A stretch of 64,000 bases of DNA from a virus: the IMG/VR virus record IMGVR_UViG_3300035183_000373, positions 5,658 through 69,657 of that record; one strand, given 5' to 3'. The notes under the pieces are model-generated. The model ran no database searches. It saw only the letters and a program-made list of their open reading frames with translations, and had not been told where the DNA came from. Below, piece after piece: positions 19,472 through 28,826 of the stretch. Made by a program: the position numbers and the translations under genes. Numbering within the stretch: the stretch's first letter is position 1; each line of letters starts with the position of its first letter.

Positions 19472-20026
19472 TTAACTACCCATACCAAGTCGTGTACCAC
19501 GAAGACCTCTCGTAAGACTTCTAGGAAATGATACCATTCCAGAGAATTGACCCTTCGGTTCAATTCTCTGAAATGCTATAGTTTTACGTAATACTGGTAG
19601 TGTATTTGTAATAAATGATAAAATTGCTCCAGCACCTATATTAGCATAATCTTGCTGTTTTTTACGCATTAATGATATGCCATTATCACTGTATTCAAAA
19701 TGCACACCTGCTTCAAACCATTGTAAACGTATACCAACAAAAAATTCGGCACACATCATTACTGCCGTTGTAAGTATAGATGTATTATCTTCTAATGTTG
19801 GATTTGCAGCACCTTGATATAAGTCAGCAGATGTAAATGTAGTAGTAATCGGAGGAAATGTATTAAACCAATTCAATCCTAATCTAAAATCTTCCCAAAG
19901 CTCGTCATCACTCAATTGCCCTGGAAGTCTATAATTTGAACCAGATGCTAATTGAGTTCTCATGGATAATCTAGACCTAAGCATATCAACAAAAAATTTT
20001 TGTTCTGTAGTTAATTGGTATGCCAT
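19472..20026 (-). CDS. head-tail adaptor / neck protein
   Basis: Directly downstream of MCP; LSDDEL and FEYSDNGISL motifs. Confidence 0.6.
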   Translation of the reverse strand: MAYQLTTEQKFFVDMLRSRLSMRTQLASGSNYRLPGQLSDDELWEDFRLGLNWFNTFPPITTTFTSADLYQGAANPTLEDNTSILTTAVMMCAEFFVGIRLQWFEAGVHFEYSDNGISLMRKKQQDYANIGAGAILSFITNTLPVLRKTIAFQRIEPKGQFSGMVSFPRSLTRGLRGTRLGMGS

Positions 20027-20047
20027 AACGAAATTCCTTTTTTAATA

Positions 20048-20090
20048 AAAAAAGGGAACAAACCTAATGAAAATTGGTCTGTTCCCTTTT
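20048..20090 (-). terminator. intrinsic terminator after the major capsid gene
   Basis: aaaagggaaca...tgttccctttt inverted repeat followed by a T-run on the minus strand. Confidence 0.6.
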
Positions 20091-20155
20091 AACAGGTTTG
20101 TTCATTGGTTTACATACTATAACATATATTATGTTATATTGTATGAAAACTTATT

Positions 20156-21103
20156 TTACTGAATTATTGTACCACTATGCAATCCACGAGCAACACCATT
20201 AGCAACTAATGCAGCCATACCAATTTCTTCGTAAGCCACATAGCCGATTGATGCTTGCTTAGGATTATCGTCAGGCATTAAAATAAGTTCAGTACGAACT
20301 GGCATAACCCCAAAGAAGCGAGGTTCAGCAAGAGCATAAACAGAACCCTTCTGAACGAGACGGCTAACAATTAAGTCAATACCCCATATACTTCCATAGA
20401 GACCAGTTTCCAGAACTTCACGGAGAGACACAGGGTCTAAATCTTTATTAGACCACACACGAATATCGGCAAATGAACGGAATCGCATTAAGAATGCATA
20501 CTGCGGTAAATCAAAATCCATAATAGATGCCGATAAATCGTTCAAAAAGACCTTACTTGCACCAGCTGTTCCAGTAGTATAAGGAACATTGCTTAAATTA
20601 CCAGCAGTAGTACTGTTAAGTAACGCAAGGAACTGTAAGTCTTCCTGTTCCTGAACAGCAATCTTCAATGCTTCTTGAGTACGGTCAAGAATATTGAACC
20701 TACGCTGTTGAATTTCAGACAATCGAATATTTGCATCAGCAAATATTTCCCAAGTAGTGGGTTCAACATATTCAGCATTGATATTAACAGAATCAACACT
20801 TCCTTGCTTTGAAACAACGAAAGCATTGACCTGCTTTTTAATATCTCGGTCGTACCTAACAATCTGACCTTGAGCAAGAACGTCTATCTCAAGAAATTTT
20901 CTAGCAACTCCAACATAGTCTAACTGTTCACGAATAGGAACAGCCATTTGAGCACCTACTGCCTGACGCCCAGCTTCAGTCTGTAATGCATCAAACACCT
21001 GGTCAACGCTTATAGAATTCTGAAAGGTGTCAAATGCATCCTGAGCACCAGTTACTGTACCTGCCTGAGTAGCAAACCCAGATTGAGGTCTATTTGTATT
21101 CAT
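20156..21103 (-). CDS. major capsid protein (HK97-like fold)
   Basis: 315 aa; PIREQLDYVGVARK, YDRD, QEQED, GLYGSIWG, YEEIGM motifs; follows scaffold and decoration genes; AGGAG RBS; higher GC than flanks. Confidence 0.85.
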   Translation of the reverse strand: MNTNRPQSGFATQAGTVTGAQDAFDTFQNSISVDQVFDALQTEAGRQAVGAQMAVPIREQLDYVGVARKFLEIDVLAQGQIVRYDRDIKKQVNAFVVSKQGSVDSVNINAEYVEPTTWEIFADANIRLSEIQQRRFNILDRTQEALKIAVQEQEDLQFLALLNSTTAGNLSNVPYTTGTAGASKVFLNDLSASIMDFDLPQYAFLMRFRSFADIRVWSNKDLDPVSLREVLETGLYGSIWGIDLIVSRLVQKGSVYALAEPRFFGVMPVRTELILMPDDNPKQASIGYVAYEEIGMAALVANGVARGLHSGTIIQ

Positions 21104-21139
21104 ATTATTACTCCTTAATATAAAATGTTTTACATATTG

Positions 21140-21198
21140 ACTGTGATTTTAAAATCACAGTTATAATTGGTGGTGTTTTATTTTAGGTACACCACCAA
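21140..21198. promoter_or_regulatory. perfect palindrome plus hairpin in the MCP leader
   Basis: actgtgattttaaaatcacagt palindrome and ttggtggtgt...acaccaccaa stem. Confidence 0.5.
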
Positions 21199-21231
21199 AA
21201 CCTATTTAGCTATAATAATTACCGTATTTTA

Positions 21232-21687
21232 TTATATACGGAATAAAACACCAAGTGTATAATCATTATCAGCAGACGGAACTTGAATCAACTTAGCTAT
21301 AACAGAACTTGTTGCAACAGTAGCAGTCAGCTTACCGCTAGCATTAACCCACAAATTAGCACCAACAGCAGCACTCTCAACACTGGAATCATAAGCACGG
21401 CTTGAACTACCAGCTTTAACCTCTGCACTATGGTTAATATATACCTTAGAACCAGCACCATAGATACCTGTTAACAGCGAACCAGTAGGCGGAGTAGAAA
21501 GACCAAGCTGAGTAGTATTAGCAGGGTCAACGCCCATGAACAGAGCATTATCGCCAGAAGCTAATGATGCTTCTCCTAACGAATTTAGCGTGAAAAACTG
21601 ACCAGGAAGCCACCCAGTATTAACAGTTGCTGACGTAACTTTAAATGTGTCCTTTGCAAACACACGATTCATCAATACTTTACTCAT
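21232..21687 (-). CDS. capsid decoration/cement protein
   Basis: 151 aa, small-residue rich, between scaffold and MCP; VGANLWVNASGKLT. Confidence 0.65.
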   Translation of the reverse strand: MSKVLMNRVFAKDTFKVTSATVNTGWLPGQFFTLNSLGEASLASGDNALFMGVDPANTTQLGLSTPPTGSLLTGIYGAGSKVYINHSAEVKAGSSSRAYDSSVESAAVGANLWVNASGKLTATVATSSVIAKLIQVPSADNDYTLGVLFRI

Positions 21688-21747
21688 AATTTACCTCTTT
21701 AAAATATATTTAGATAATATTTACGATTTAACGAGTTATTTAACATT

Positions 21748-23574
21748 TTACCGTTTTCGATAATGCGGCCTTACTTTTCTGAACGATTCCGCCTCAGGGT
21801 TCAGACCCATTTTGCGAAGTCTATTGGTATATGTATCTAAGTAATTAATAAATGATTCTTTTTGTAAAGAAGAATTAACCTGAAGCTGAGGAACAATAGA
21901 AGCAGTTCGTGCAATTTTTGCATCATCTCTAACTTCTTGAGATACACCTTCTGTAGATACATTTTGATTCTGAGGATTACGAACAGCTTCTTGAGTATTA
22001 GCTATAATTCCAGATTCAGTTTCTTCATTTTCAGGAATCCTGGCTTCTTTAAGAGCCGCTTCATTCACTATCGGCATAGACTCAATTAACTCTTTTTGTG
22101 CTTGGAACTTAGCATCATCATAAGAAACAACTTTCTGAGCGTAACTGGCTATAGCCGATTTAGTAAATGGTATTAATCCACGACTTGCTGCAAGACGAGA
22201 AAAATCAACAGCCATACGAGCTTTAGCTTTTCTAACTTCTAACGAAGCAGTAGTATCAGGACTTCCAGAACCAACCGAATTTTCATCATTACCGCCTTCA
22301 AGGCCACCTTCAACCTCATCTGCCTCTAATTCGGGTTCATAATTAACATTCATTTCATCACCACTTTTTACGCCCATTTCAGCATAATCTTCATTAATAC
22401 CAGCACCTAAATCAGACTTTTTCTTATTTGATGTAAGTTCTCGTGCAAATTCTGCATCACCAAATGCATCCTTATAATATTGACGTAACTTTTCTTTATC
22501 CTTAACGTGAGGTTCACGTTCAGACGTAGCACTTAAACCAATTACATCGACATCCGCGTTAAGGTAAGCAGCAACTGCATCTATACCATTACGTCGAACC
22601 TGATATTCAACATTTTTAGCAAAGAGAGGACTTAAAAATATTTCATAATTTTCAGCAGTTTTTTCTCCAACAACAGGAGATAATTTGTCCCATGTAACAA
22701 CTGCATATTTACCTTTACGGTCTTTATTCAATGCTCGAACAACAATTGCAGAACTAAATACATTGTTCTTTTTAACAGCTTTTGCATTAACATAAGCACT
22801 AAGCTCATGAGGATTTCCTTCATCGACTAAACGAGGTTCAGAAGCTGCATTCGGAAGTTTGTCTTCCTTTTCCTTATTCTTCTTGTACTCTTCATAGCCA
22901 GACTGGAAATGCTTTAATTCTTTTTTAGCTGAGTAATATACGTCTCCATCTATACCCTTGTCTCCAGTAAACTGTGCACCAGTAGGAGGAACTGCGGTAG
23001 AAAACACCTTACCCAGCTCTTGCCAAACAGTTTTAGCTTCCTTTACACTATTAACAACTTCCTGTAACGGAGACTTCTTTGTGGAAGAAGAAGACGATTT
23101 ACGAAGCAAGAATGACCAGTGTCGAATTGCGTTATTTGCATCGTCTATAGCAGCTATTGCTTGACGAGTTAGAATACCAATTTCATCTTGAACCTTAGAA
23201 CTTAACCTGAAGGTTTTGCTGGAAGTTTTTTCTTCCATTTCTTTGCCCTGTTCGGTAATATTATCTATACCTTCAACAACAGATTTTAAATCAGTAATAG
23301 CTTCATTCAATGTCTTTTTGGCTTCCTCTGGAGTCTTAATTTCTTGAGTTTCCTCGCCCTTCATTTCACCTGGTTTTTCATCCATTTCCGTTACACTGTC
23401 GGTCATATCAAGATTCTTAGCGTCTTCTGGAAGTTCACCCCTTCCAGCACCAACAAAAGTTTCAGGTTCTGCTGTAGACAACTTATTTAATAAATAAGTT
23501 GCATTATTACGAACAGAAGCTAATTCATTAAGCATTTCTTTTAAACTTTGATTAACTTTAGAAGTAGTAATCAT
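21748..23574 (-). CDS. prohead scaffold/core protein
   Basis: 608 aa, acidic and coiled-coil-like, upstream of decoration and MCP genes. Confidence 0.6.
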   Translation of the reverse strand: MITTSKVNQSLKEMLNELASVRNNATYLLNKLSTAEPETFVGAGRGELPEDAKNLDMTDSVTEMDEKPGEMKGEETQEIKTPEEAKKTLNEAITDLKSVVEGIDNITEQGKEMEEKTSSKTFRLSSKVQDEIGILTRQAIAAIDDANNAIRHWSFLLRKSSSSSTKKSPLQEVVNSVKEAKTVWQELGKVFSTAVPPTGAQFTGDKGIDGDVYYSAKKELKHFQSGYEEYKKNKEKEDKLPNAASEPRLVDEGNPHELSAYVNAKAVKKNNVFSSAIVVRALNKDRKGKYAVVTWDKLSPVVGEKTAENYEIFLSPLFAKNVEYQVRRNGIDAVAAYLNADVDVIGLSATSEREPHVKDKEKLRQYYKDAFGDAEFARELTSNKKKSDLGAGINEDYAEMGVKSGDEMNVNYEPELEADEVEGGLEGGNDENSVGSGSPDTTASLEVRKAKARMAVDFSRLAASRGLIPFTKSAIASYAQKVVSYDDAKFQAQKELIESMPIVNEAALKEARIPENEETESGIIANTQEAVRNPQNQNVSTEGVSQEVRDDAKIARTASIVPQLQVNSSLQKESFINYLDTYTNRLRKMGLNPEAESFRKVRPHYRKR

Positions 23575-23610
23575 ACTTGCCTCGTTTAAAAATTATTTAT
23601 AATGTAATGT

Positions 23611-23765
23611 TTGACATTCTCCCGTATAAATTACGGAAGATTCTCAGGCAAACTCCAACGTGGAGCTTAACGCCTGTTGCGGAGTGCCCCTCCGCATGAT
23701 ATTCAATACTGAATTATACATACATTTGAAAAGAATGTATTGACTTTTGCATCAATACATTCTTC
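23611..23765 (-). mobile_element. IS200/IS605-family right-end remnant (tnpB 3' tail / omega-RNA-like)
   Basis: Minus strand reads ...VLNIMRRGTPQQALSSTLEFA-stop, then AGAATCTTCCGTAATTTATACGGGAGAATGTCAA (subterminal hairpin ending TCAA); GC-rich island; 13-bp perfect hairpin at 23731-23764. Confidence 0.55.
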
Positions 23766-23875
23766 TAACACCCATAAGAAATATAATGTTAATAGGTTAA
23801 ATTTTATAGTATAATATTAAAAATATATGTGGTATTTTAGGAGGGAATATAAAGATTGGATTTTTATTAAAAAAA

Positions 23876-24667
23876 TTAAGATTTAGATGTTATTTCTGTT
23901 AATATTCTTGTTTTTGCTAATTCACAATATTTTTTATCTATATCTACACCTATACCATTACGCCCTGTTTCTAAACATGCAAGTAAAGTAGACCCACTTC
24001 CAACAAATGGGTCAAGTACAACATCCCCAACAAAACTAAAAAGTTTTATACATCTTTTAGGAAGTTCAACAGGAAACGGAGCTGGATGTCCAGCTCTTTT
24101 TTTACTTTCACCAGTAATATCCCATATTCCATTTGTCCATTTTATAAACTCATCTTTACTTATATCTGATACACGACTGCCACTAATTTTTTTCCATTGT
24201 TGTTTATACATAATCAAAACAACTTCAACTGGTGGTATAACATATGGTGCTGATGCCGAAAGCCACGAACCCCATGCAGTTCTTTTTGATACATTGTGCT
24301 TATTCCATATAACTGTAGAATGATACTTAAAACCTATATTTTTTGCTATAGTTGTTATATCTGCACAAATACTGTATTGTCCGTTTTTATTTCCATTCAA
24401 TGGTATATTAACACATAATCTACCATCGTCTTTAAGAAATTTATAAATTTTATTAAGCCAATTTTTTGTAAAAATAAGATAATTATCATAATCCATAGTA
24501 TCATTATGAGAATTATATTCTATACCTACGTTATACGGAGGCGAAGTAACTACTAAATCTATAGAATTAGATTCAATACTTTGTATATTTAATATATCGG
24601 CGTTATAAATTTTTATTGAATTTTCGTTGTTACTAAAAAATAATTCATTTATCATATTATTGTTCAT
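23876..24667 (-). CDS. DNA methyltransferase, beta class (N4-C/N6-A)
   Basis: TSPPY motif IV near the N-terminus, HPAPFP, and DPFVGSGST motif I near the C-terminus. Confidence 0.92.
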   Translation of the reverse strand: MNNNMINELFFSNNENSIKIYNADILNIQSIESNSIDLVVTSPPYNVGIEYNSHNDTMDYDNYLIFTKNWLNKIYKFLKDDGRLCVNIPLNGNKNGQYSICADITTIAKNIGFKYHSTVIWNKHNVSKRTAWGSWLSASAPYVIPPVEVVLIMYKQQWKKISGSRVSDISKDEFIKWTNGIWDITGESKKRAGHPAPFPVELPKRCIKLFSFVGDVVLDPFVGSGSTLLACLETGRNGIGVDIDKKYCELAKTRILTEITSKS

Positions 24668-24732
24668 AATGTTTATGATAGCATCGATTACAATATAATT
24701 AAATCAATTATTTATTTCAACACAATAATAAA

Positions 24733-24782
24733 AATAAAACTCGCACTGTAATTTTAACAAGTCTAACAATGCGAGTTTATTT
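24733..24782 (-). terminator. terminator-like hairpin
   Basis: aaactcgca...tgcgagttt inverted repeat with a T-rich tail on the minus strand. Confidence 0.5.
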
Positions 24783-24790
24783 ACTCCAAT

Positions 24791-24876
24791 GTGTTGGACG
24801 TATTTAGAGTGGATACGGCAATCACTGCGGAGCTTTCGCCAAGCAGTTCAAACACCAGCTCCGCCAGCACCAACAC
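24791..24876. ncRNA. putative structured RNA (three-way junction)
   Basis: GC-rich intergenic segment: gtgttgg/ccaacac outer stem, gcggagct/agctccgc and cgtat/atacg inner stems. Confidence 0.4.
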
Positions 24877-24912
24877 TTGCTGAAATAAACAGGATTTGAA
24901 CTACTATAATTG

Positions 24913-25245
24913 TTAATCTCGAACCCTCTGAATTGCCTTTTCAAATGGGTCGTATTGACGTTTTTGAATGACCTTATAAAATCCCTTTTCCAAAGGTATT
25001 GGTTTGTGTTCCGCAGGCATACCAGTTGTAACATATACGTGCTCAACAATTGCATCTAGTTGAGCGTCAATGTACATATCACCATTTTCATCTTCAAGTA
25101 AAAGACCATTCTTTAAAACATGGCCATGACCGCTCACTTCTCCTAAAGCGATAATGCCATTGTCTTTTACTTTAAGATTGGATGACTTCTTTCGCCTTGT
25201 CCGAACAAAGAGAAGGTCACCTTGCCTAAATTGTTTTGCTTTCAT
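24913..25245 (-). CDS. conserved phage protein with RQGD / GExxGHxH motifs
   Basis: FRQGDL, LGEVSGHGH, EH.PI.L..G.Y.V..KRQY motifs; AGGAG RBS. Confidence 0.75.
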   Translation of the reverse strand: MKAKQFRQGDLLFVRTRRKKSSNLKVKDNGIIALGEVSGHGHVLKNGLLLEDENGDMYIDAQLDAIVEHVYVTTGMPAEHKPIPLEKGFYKVIQKRQYDPFEKAIQRVRD

Positions 25246-25288
25246 ATTTAGCTCCTTTTTTTTAATTAATATATTAGTTAATAGTTAA

Positions 25289-25831
25289 TTATGTTTCAAC
25301 GTATGGTTCATACTCTTCTTTAGTTAAACCCCACTGCCAAGCCCTCGCCTCATCGACATCACTGATTTCGGGCGGCACACACTCAAAGTATGTCCGACCA
25401 GTAGGACATTGCATTTTTAATACTTGAATTTTTTCTCCAGTAATATCATCCTTTTTTCTAGTTCTGTATAGTTCATATTGCAAACCACCACGCATTTTTT
25501 TGTCAACTACCACGAAGTCTAGTACTTCTAAATATTTCATCCCAAGAACTTCAAACCACGCTCTACGTACTTCAACATTTTTAATACTCAAAATTTCTTC
25601 CTTGGTTGCCTCCTTTTTAGTTATCACCTTTTCTGGCATTTCAATTCCATGCCAGAAATATACTTTCACGCCTTCCTCAAACTCTATTGCTGGACCATTT
25701 TCATTGTGAAGCCTACCATCCTCATCAAACGAAATATGGATAGGTTTCTTTAATTTGAAATATCCTGCTCTGAAAAATTCATCTGGTCTTCCTCTAATTA
25801 GCCATTGATGTGTTACTGATGCCCAATCCAT
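25289..25831 (-). CDS. DUF6745-like protein
   Basis: GRLHNENGPAI, YFWHGI, NVEVRR, CPTGRTY..CVPP, ARAWQWGL motifs. Confidence 0.75.
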   Translation of the reverse strand: MDWASVTHQWLIRGRPDEFFRAGYFKLKKPIHISFDEDGRLHNENGPAIEFEEGVKVYFWHGIEMPEKVITKKEATKEEILSIKNVEVRRAWFEVLGMKYLEVLDFVVVDKKMRGGLQYELYRTRKKDDITGEKIQVLKMQCPTGRTYFECVPPEISDVDEARAWQWGLTKEEYEPYVET

Positions 25832-25851
25832 TTTTAATCCTCTATAATTTT

Positions 25852-26130
25852 TTAAAATCCCTTTGTGATATTCTTAAAATCCTCTTCGCTTACCTCATAA
25901 AAATGGATTAGTGAATGGCATGGTACTTTAAGGTCACTGAATTTATCCAAAATGATATTTTTGTTGTTTCTTAACATGCCGTACCCGCATCCAGTATTGT
26001 ACGAACGTAAATTATAACATTCCTCAATAAGATAATGGTCGTCGAACGATGATAGTTTACCAATCATAATAAATCCTCTGTCAAGTGTTATCACAGCAGG
26101 TACTTTGTTTAACCCATTAATCATCATCAT
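25852..26130 (-). CDS. DUF6948-like small beta protein (possible Sm-like fold)
   Basis: VITLDRGFIMIG...LRSYNTGCGYG...LD pattern recalled from small phage proteins; not verified by search. Confidence 0.45.
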   Translation of the reverse strand: MMMINGLNKVPAVITLDRGFIMIGKLSSFDDHYLIEECYNLRSYNTGCGYGMLRNNKNIILDKFSDLKVPCHSLIHFYEVSEEDFKNITKGF

Positions 26131-26188
26131 TATAATTCTCCTTATATTTGGTTAATTAATTAGTTAATTAGTTATTATCTACACTATA

Positions 26189-26217
26189 AATATAGCATAA
26201 TAAAATTCATTTGTCAA
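26189..26217 (-). promoter_or_regulatory. sigma70-like promoter
   Basis: TTGACA-17 nt-TATATT with extended TG on the minus strand. Confidence 0.75.
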
Positions 26218-26228
26218 GTACTTTTTCA

Positions 26229-26627
26229 TTAATTTTTATTAATACAAACTTCTGTATTTGGTGAAATTGTTGTTATTTGACCATCCATTAATACTGTAAC
26301 TGAACCATCGTTTATTGATAAAACTTTCAGTTTTTTATTAATAAATGGTATTAAATATTCATTATTTTCTTTACATTCTTTAAGAATTAAAATATTATTA
26401 TTTTTAATATGTTCTATATGTTTATTTTCTATTTTTTCTTCATTTATTGAATTGTTTAAATGTTTACTGTATTCATCAAAAGTAACTTCTTTGTAAGAAG
26501 TTACTTTTTTTAACTTATTATCTATTTCATGAATATGAAACGGAATTAATATTTCATTAGAAGATTTTACATATGTATTTTTAATTTTTTCATCTTCATC
26601 AATATAAGTAACCATCCAATATTTCAT
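26229..26627 (-). CDS. hypothetical protein
   Basis: 132-aa ORF coupled to the DUF932 gene. Confidence 0.6.
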   Translation of the reverse strand: MKYWMVTYIDEDEKIKNTYVKSSNEILIPFHIHEIDNKLKKVTSYKEVTFDEYSKHLNNSINEEKIENKHIEHIKNNNILILKECKENNEYLIPFINKKLKVLSINDGSVTVLMDGQITTISPNTEVCINKN

Positions 26628-26628
26628 T

Positions 26629-27594
26629 TTATATCAACTCCAATGCTAATGAAAAAGATTCCTTTTTTAAATTAGAAGCATTTCCGATTAATAAAGAAAT
26701 TGCCCGTGATTCTTCATTTTTATACTTAAAATGATGGTCTATCATTTCTATCGTTGCATTGTACAAACCCCAAACCGTTTTTCCCTCATAAAGCTCAGAC
26801 CCAAACCCATTTTCCATTAAATCGATTATTAAATCATGCTTTTCTTTTTTTCTTTCCTTTACCAAAAGGGAATCATTGTCTTCTATGGGAATTAATTTAT
26901 TAACATAATCAATAATATCATTATCTGTAATATTAGTTAATGCCATTCTGTTTAGTATTTTTGAAATTTCCTGATTATATTGATTAACTAATCCCATTAA
27001 CCTTTGAGCTTCGGATAATTTTTCTTTAGCCGATTTTGTATGTCGAATTGAAACCACAGATTCAGCAGAATTAATCGCTGCTGTTAAAGTATTATTACAG
27101 ACAACTCTAACATTAGTAAACATAGCTCTAAGTGCAGTTGTGCCATCGTGGGAATTAACCAAGAGTACATAACTTTTAACTTTATCTTCTTCACGAAGTA
27201 CCTTAATATAGTCTGGAAGAACAGCAGTTAAAAAACAAATCCTTCCATTTTTCAAAATACCAGCAGTTTCGTAAATTGCTTCTCCCTTACCGACAATATT
27301 ATCAAAGAAATCAAATGCTTCAACATTTTGAATGACAGTGTAGTTTTTTCCAACTGTACTACACAGTACAGACTCACTACCATCTTTATTCACTCTTATT
27401 AGTGAAAATGAATCATCATGAATTACGTTTTTTCCATTAACAATTGTTGAATTTGGTCTTTTTTGAACTTCAAAATCAAAGTTTACATATTTAATAATAT
27501 CTTCAGCAGTAATTAAATTTTCTTTAAGTACTGTACCAATACCATGCCATGGAACAATACCTTTTGTGCTAACCATGTCTTCAACATAATGCAT
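26629..27594 (-). CDS. DUF932 family protein
   Basis: PWHGIG, YTVIQN.EAFDFFD, YETAG.L..G, NSHDG, RVVCNNTL, IRHT motifs. Confidence 0.9.
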   Translation of the reverse strand: MHYVEDMVSTKGIVPWHGIGTVLKENLITAEDIIKYVNFDFEVQKRPNSTIVNGKNVIHDDSFSLIRVNKDGSESVLCSTVGKNYTVIQNVEAFDFFDNIVGKGEAIYETAGILKNGRICFLTAVLPDYIKVLREEDKVKSYVLLVNSHDGTTALRAMFTNVRVVCNNTLTAAINSAESVVSIRHTKSAKEKLSEAQRLMGLVNQYNQEISKILNRMALTNITDNDIIDYVNKLIPIEDNDSLLVKERKKEKHDLIIDLMENGFGSELYEGKTVWGLYNATIEMIDHHFKYKNEESRAISLLIGNASNLKKESFSLALELI

Positions 27595-27636
27595 AATGTA
27601 TCTCCTATAAATATTAAATCAGTTAATTACACTAAT

Positions 27637-27665
27637 AATATAATATAATATATTTGATTTGTCAA
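27637..27665 (-). promoter_or_regulatory. sigma70-like promoter
   Basis: TTGACA-17 nt-TATATT upstream of DUF932. Confidence 0.7.
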
Positions 27666-27683
27666 TAGTTAAAATATTAATTT

Positions 27684-28574
27684 TTATTCATTAAACCCTA
27701 ACGGTTTTTTGACAGATTCATTTTTGCACATCATTTTTAATTTTTTAACAGTTTCATCAAAATTTTGTTCTAATATTTTTACTGAAATAACCATTTCTGC
27801 TAATGCTGCAAAAGAAAATCCTTCAGTAGCATTTAACCATCTGCTTTTTTCTTCTTCATCATTAAATTTTATTTTCTTTTCAAAATATAATTCTCTTTCT
27901 TTTCTAGATAAAGTAGGAACTTTAATAATACTATCAAATCTTCTTGGTCTATTAATTATTCTGTTATCTAATTTTTCTACGTAATTTGAAGTAGCAACAT
28001 TTAATACATAATTAATTTGATATTCACCATCTAGTATCGATAATATTTTATCATCACCATAATTATTTATTATAGCGTCTATATCTTCATAAATACACAT
28101 TACTGGTCTTTCTGGTTCTATTTTTCTAATACTATCTAAAAGTGTTTCTAGAAGCAGTGGGTCGCAATCACAATCTATTACTATACCATTTTGTTCAAAA
28201 ATTACATATTTCATTATACATTGTACTATGGATGTTTTACCATTGCCTTGATGTCCGTATAATAATAATCCTCTTCTATGTAATAAATTATGTTTTAAAT
28301 ATTTCTCTTTATTATTATAAAAATCTTTAACTTCTAATAATACTTTTTCCATAGTACTATTAGGAAATACATATAATTCATCTAACGTAATATCACGCCA
28401 TTCGATAGTAGGTAACCCTCTATACCAATTACACACGTATTTACCAGGTTTTAATTTATCTATTGTTTTAGATGAAGGATAAAATGTATTATTTTTTATT
28501 TCACTCCATTGACATATTTTTTCTTTATTTAATAATTCATCAAGTGAATCTCTTGGAGAAAGATTAATTTCCAT
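27684..28574 (-). CDS. AAA+ ATPase
   Basis: RGLLLYGHQGNGKT Walker A, IYEDID Walker B, NRPRRFD SRH. Confidence 0.9.
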   Translation of the reverse strand: MEINLSPRDSLDELLNKEKICQWSEIKNNTFYPSSKTIDKLKPGKYVCNWYRGLPTIEWRDITLDELYVFPNSTMEKVLLEVKDFYNNKEKYLKHNLLHRRGLLLYGHQGNGKTSIVQCIMKYVIFEQNGIVIDCDCDPLLLETLLDSIRKIEPERPVMCIYEDIDAIINNYGDDKILSILDGEYQINYVLNVATSNYVEKLDNRIINRPRRFDSIIKVPTLSRKERELYFEKKIKFNDEEEKSRWLNATEGFSFAALAEMVISVKILEQNFDETVKKLKMMCKNESVKKPLGFNE

Positions 28575-28822
28575 TAGTTTATTACCCTTAAATATTTAAA
28601 TTGTTCTATGTTTGACCTTAAATAACCAATTCTAATACCATTTATAATCATATCGCCATAACCTATACCATTACCATTATTTGGATATAAAATACCTATA
28701 TCAATACCACATCCATAACCACATCCAAAAATATCTGTATAAAATGAATTATAAGTATAATATTTATACCCATAATAATAATTTAACATAAAATCATTAA
28801 ATTCTACTATATTTAAATGCAT
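28574..28822 (-). CDS. Gly-X repeat peptide (outlying family member)
   Basis: NIVEF leader; GCGYGCG and GNGIGYG core. Confidence 0.65.
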   Translation of the reverse strand: MHLNIVEFNDFMLNYYYGYKYYTYNSFYTDIFGCGYGCGIDIGILYPNNGNGIGYGDMIINGIRIGYLRSNIEQFKYLRVIN

Positions 28823-28826
28823 ACTA

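Noticed and set aside
24791-24876. SAM riboswitch upstream of the methyltransferase
   Set aside because: Conserved SAM-I/II core sequences are not recognisable.
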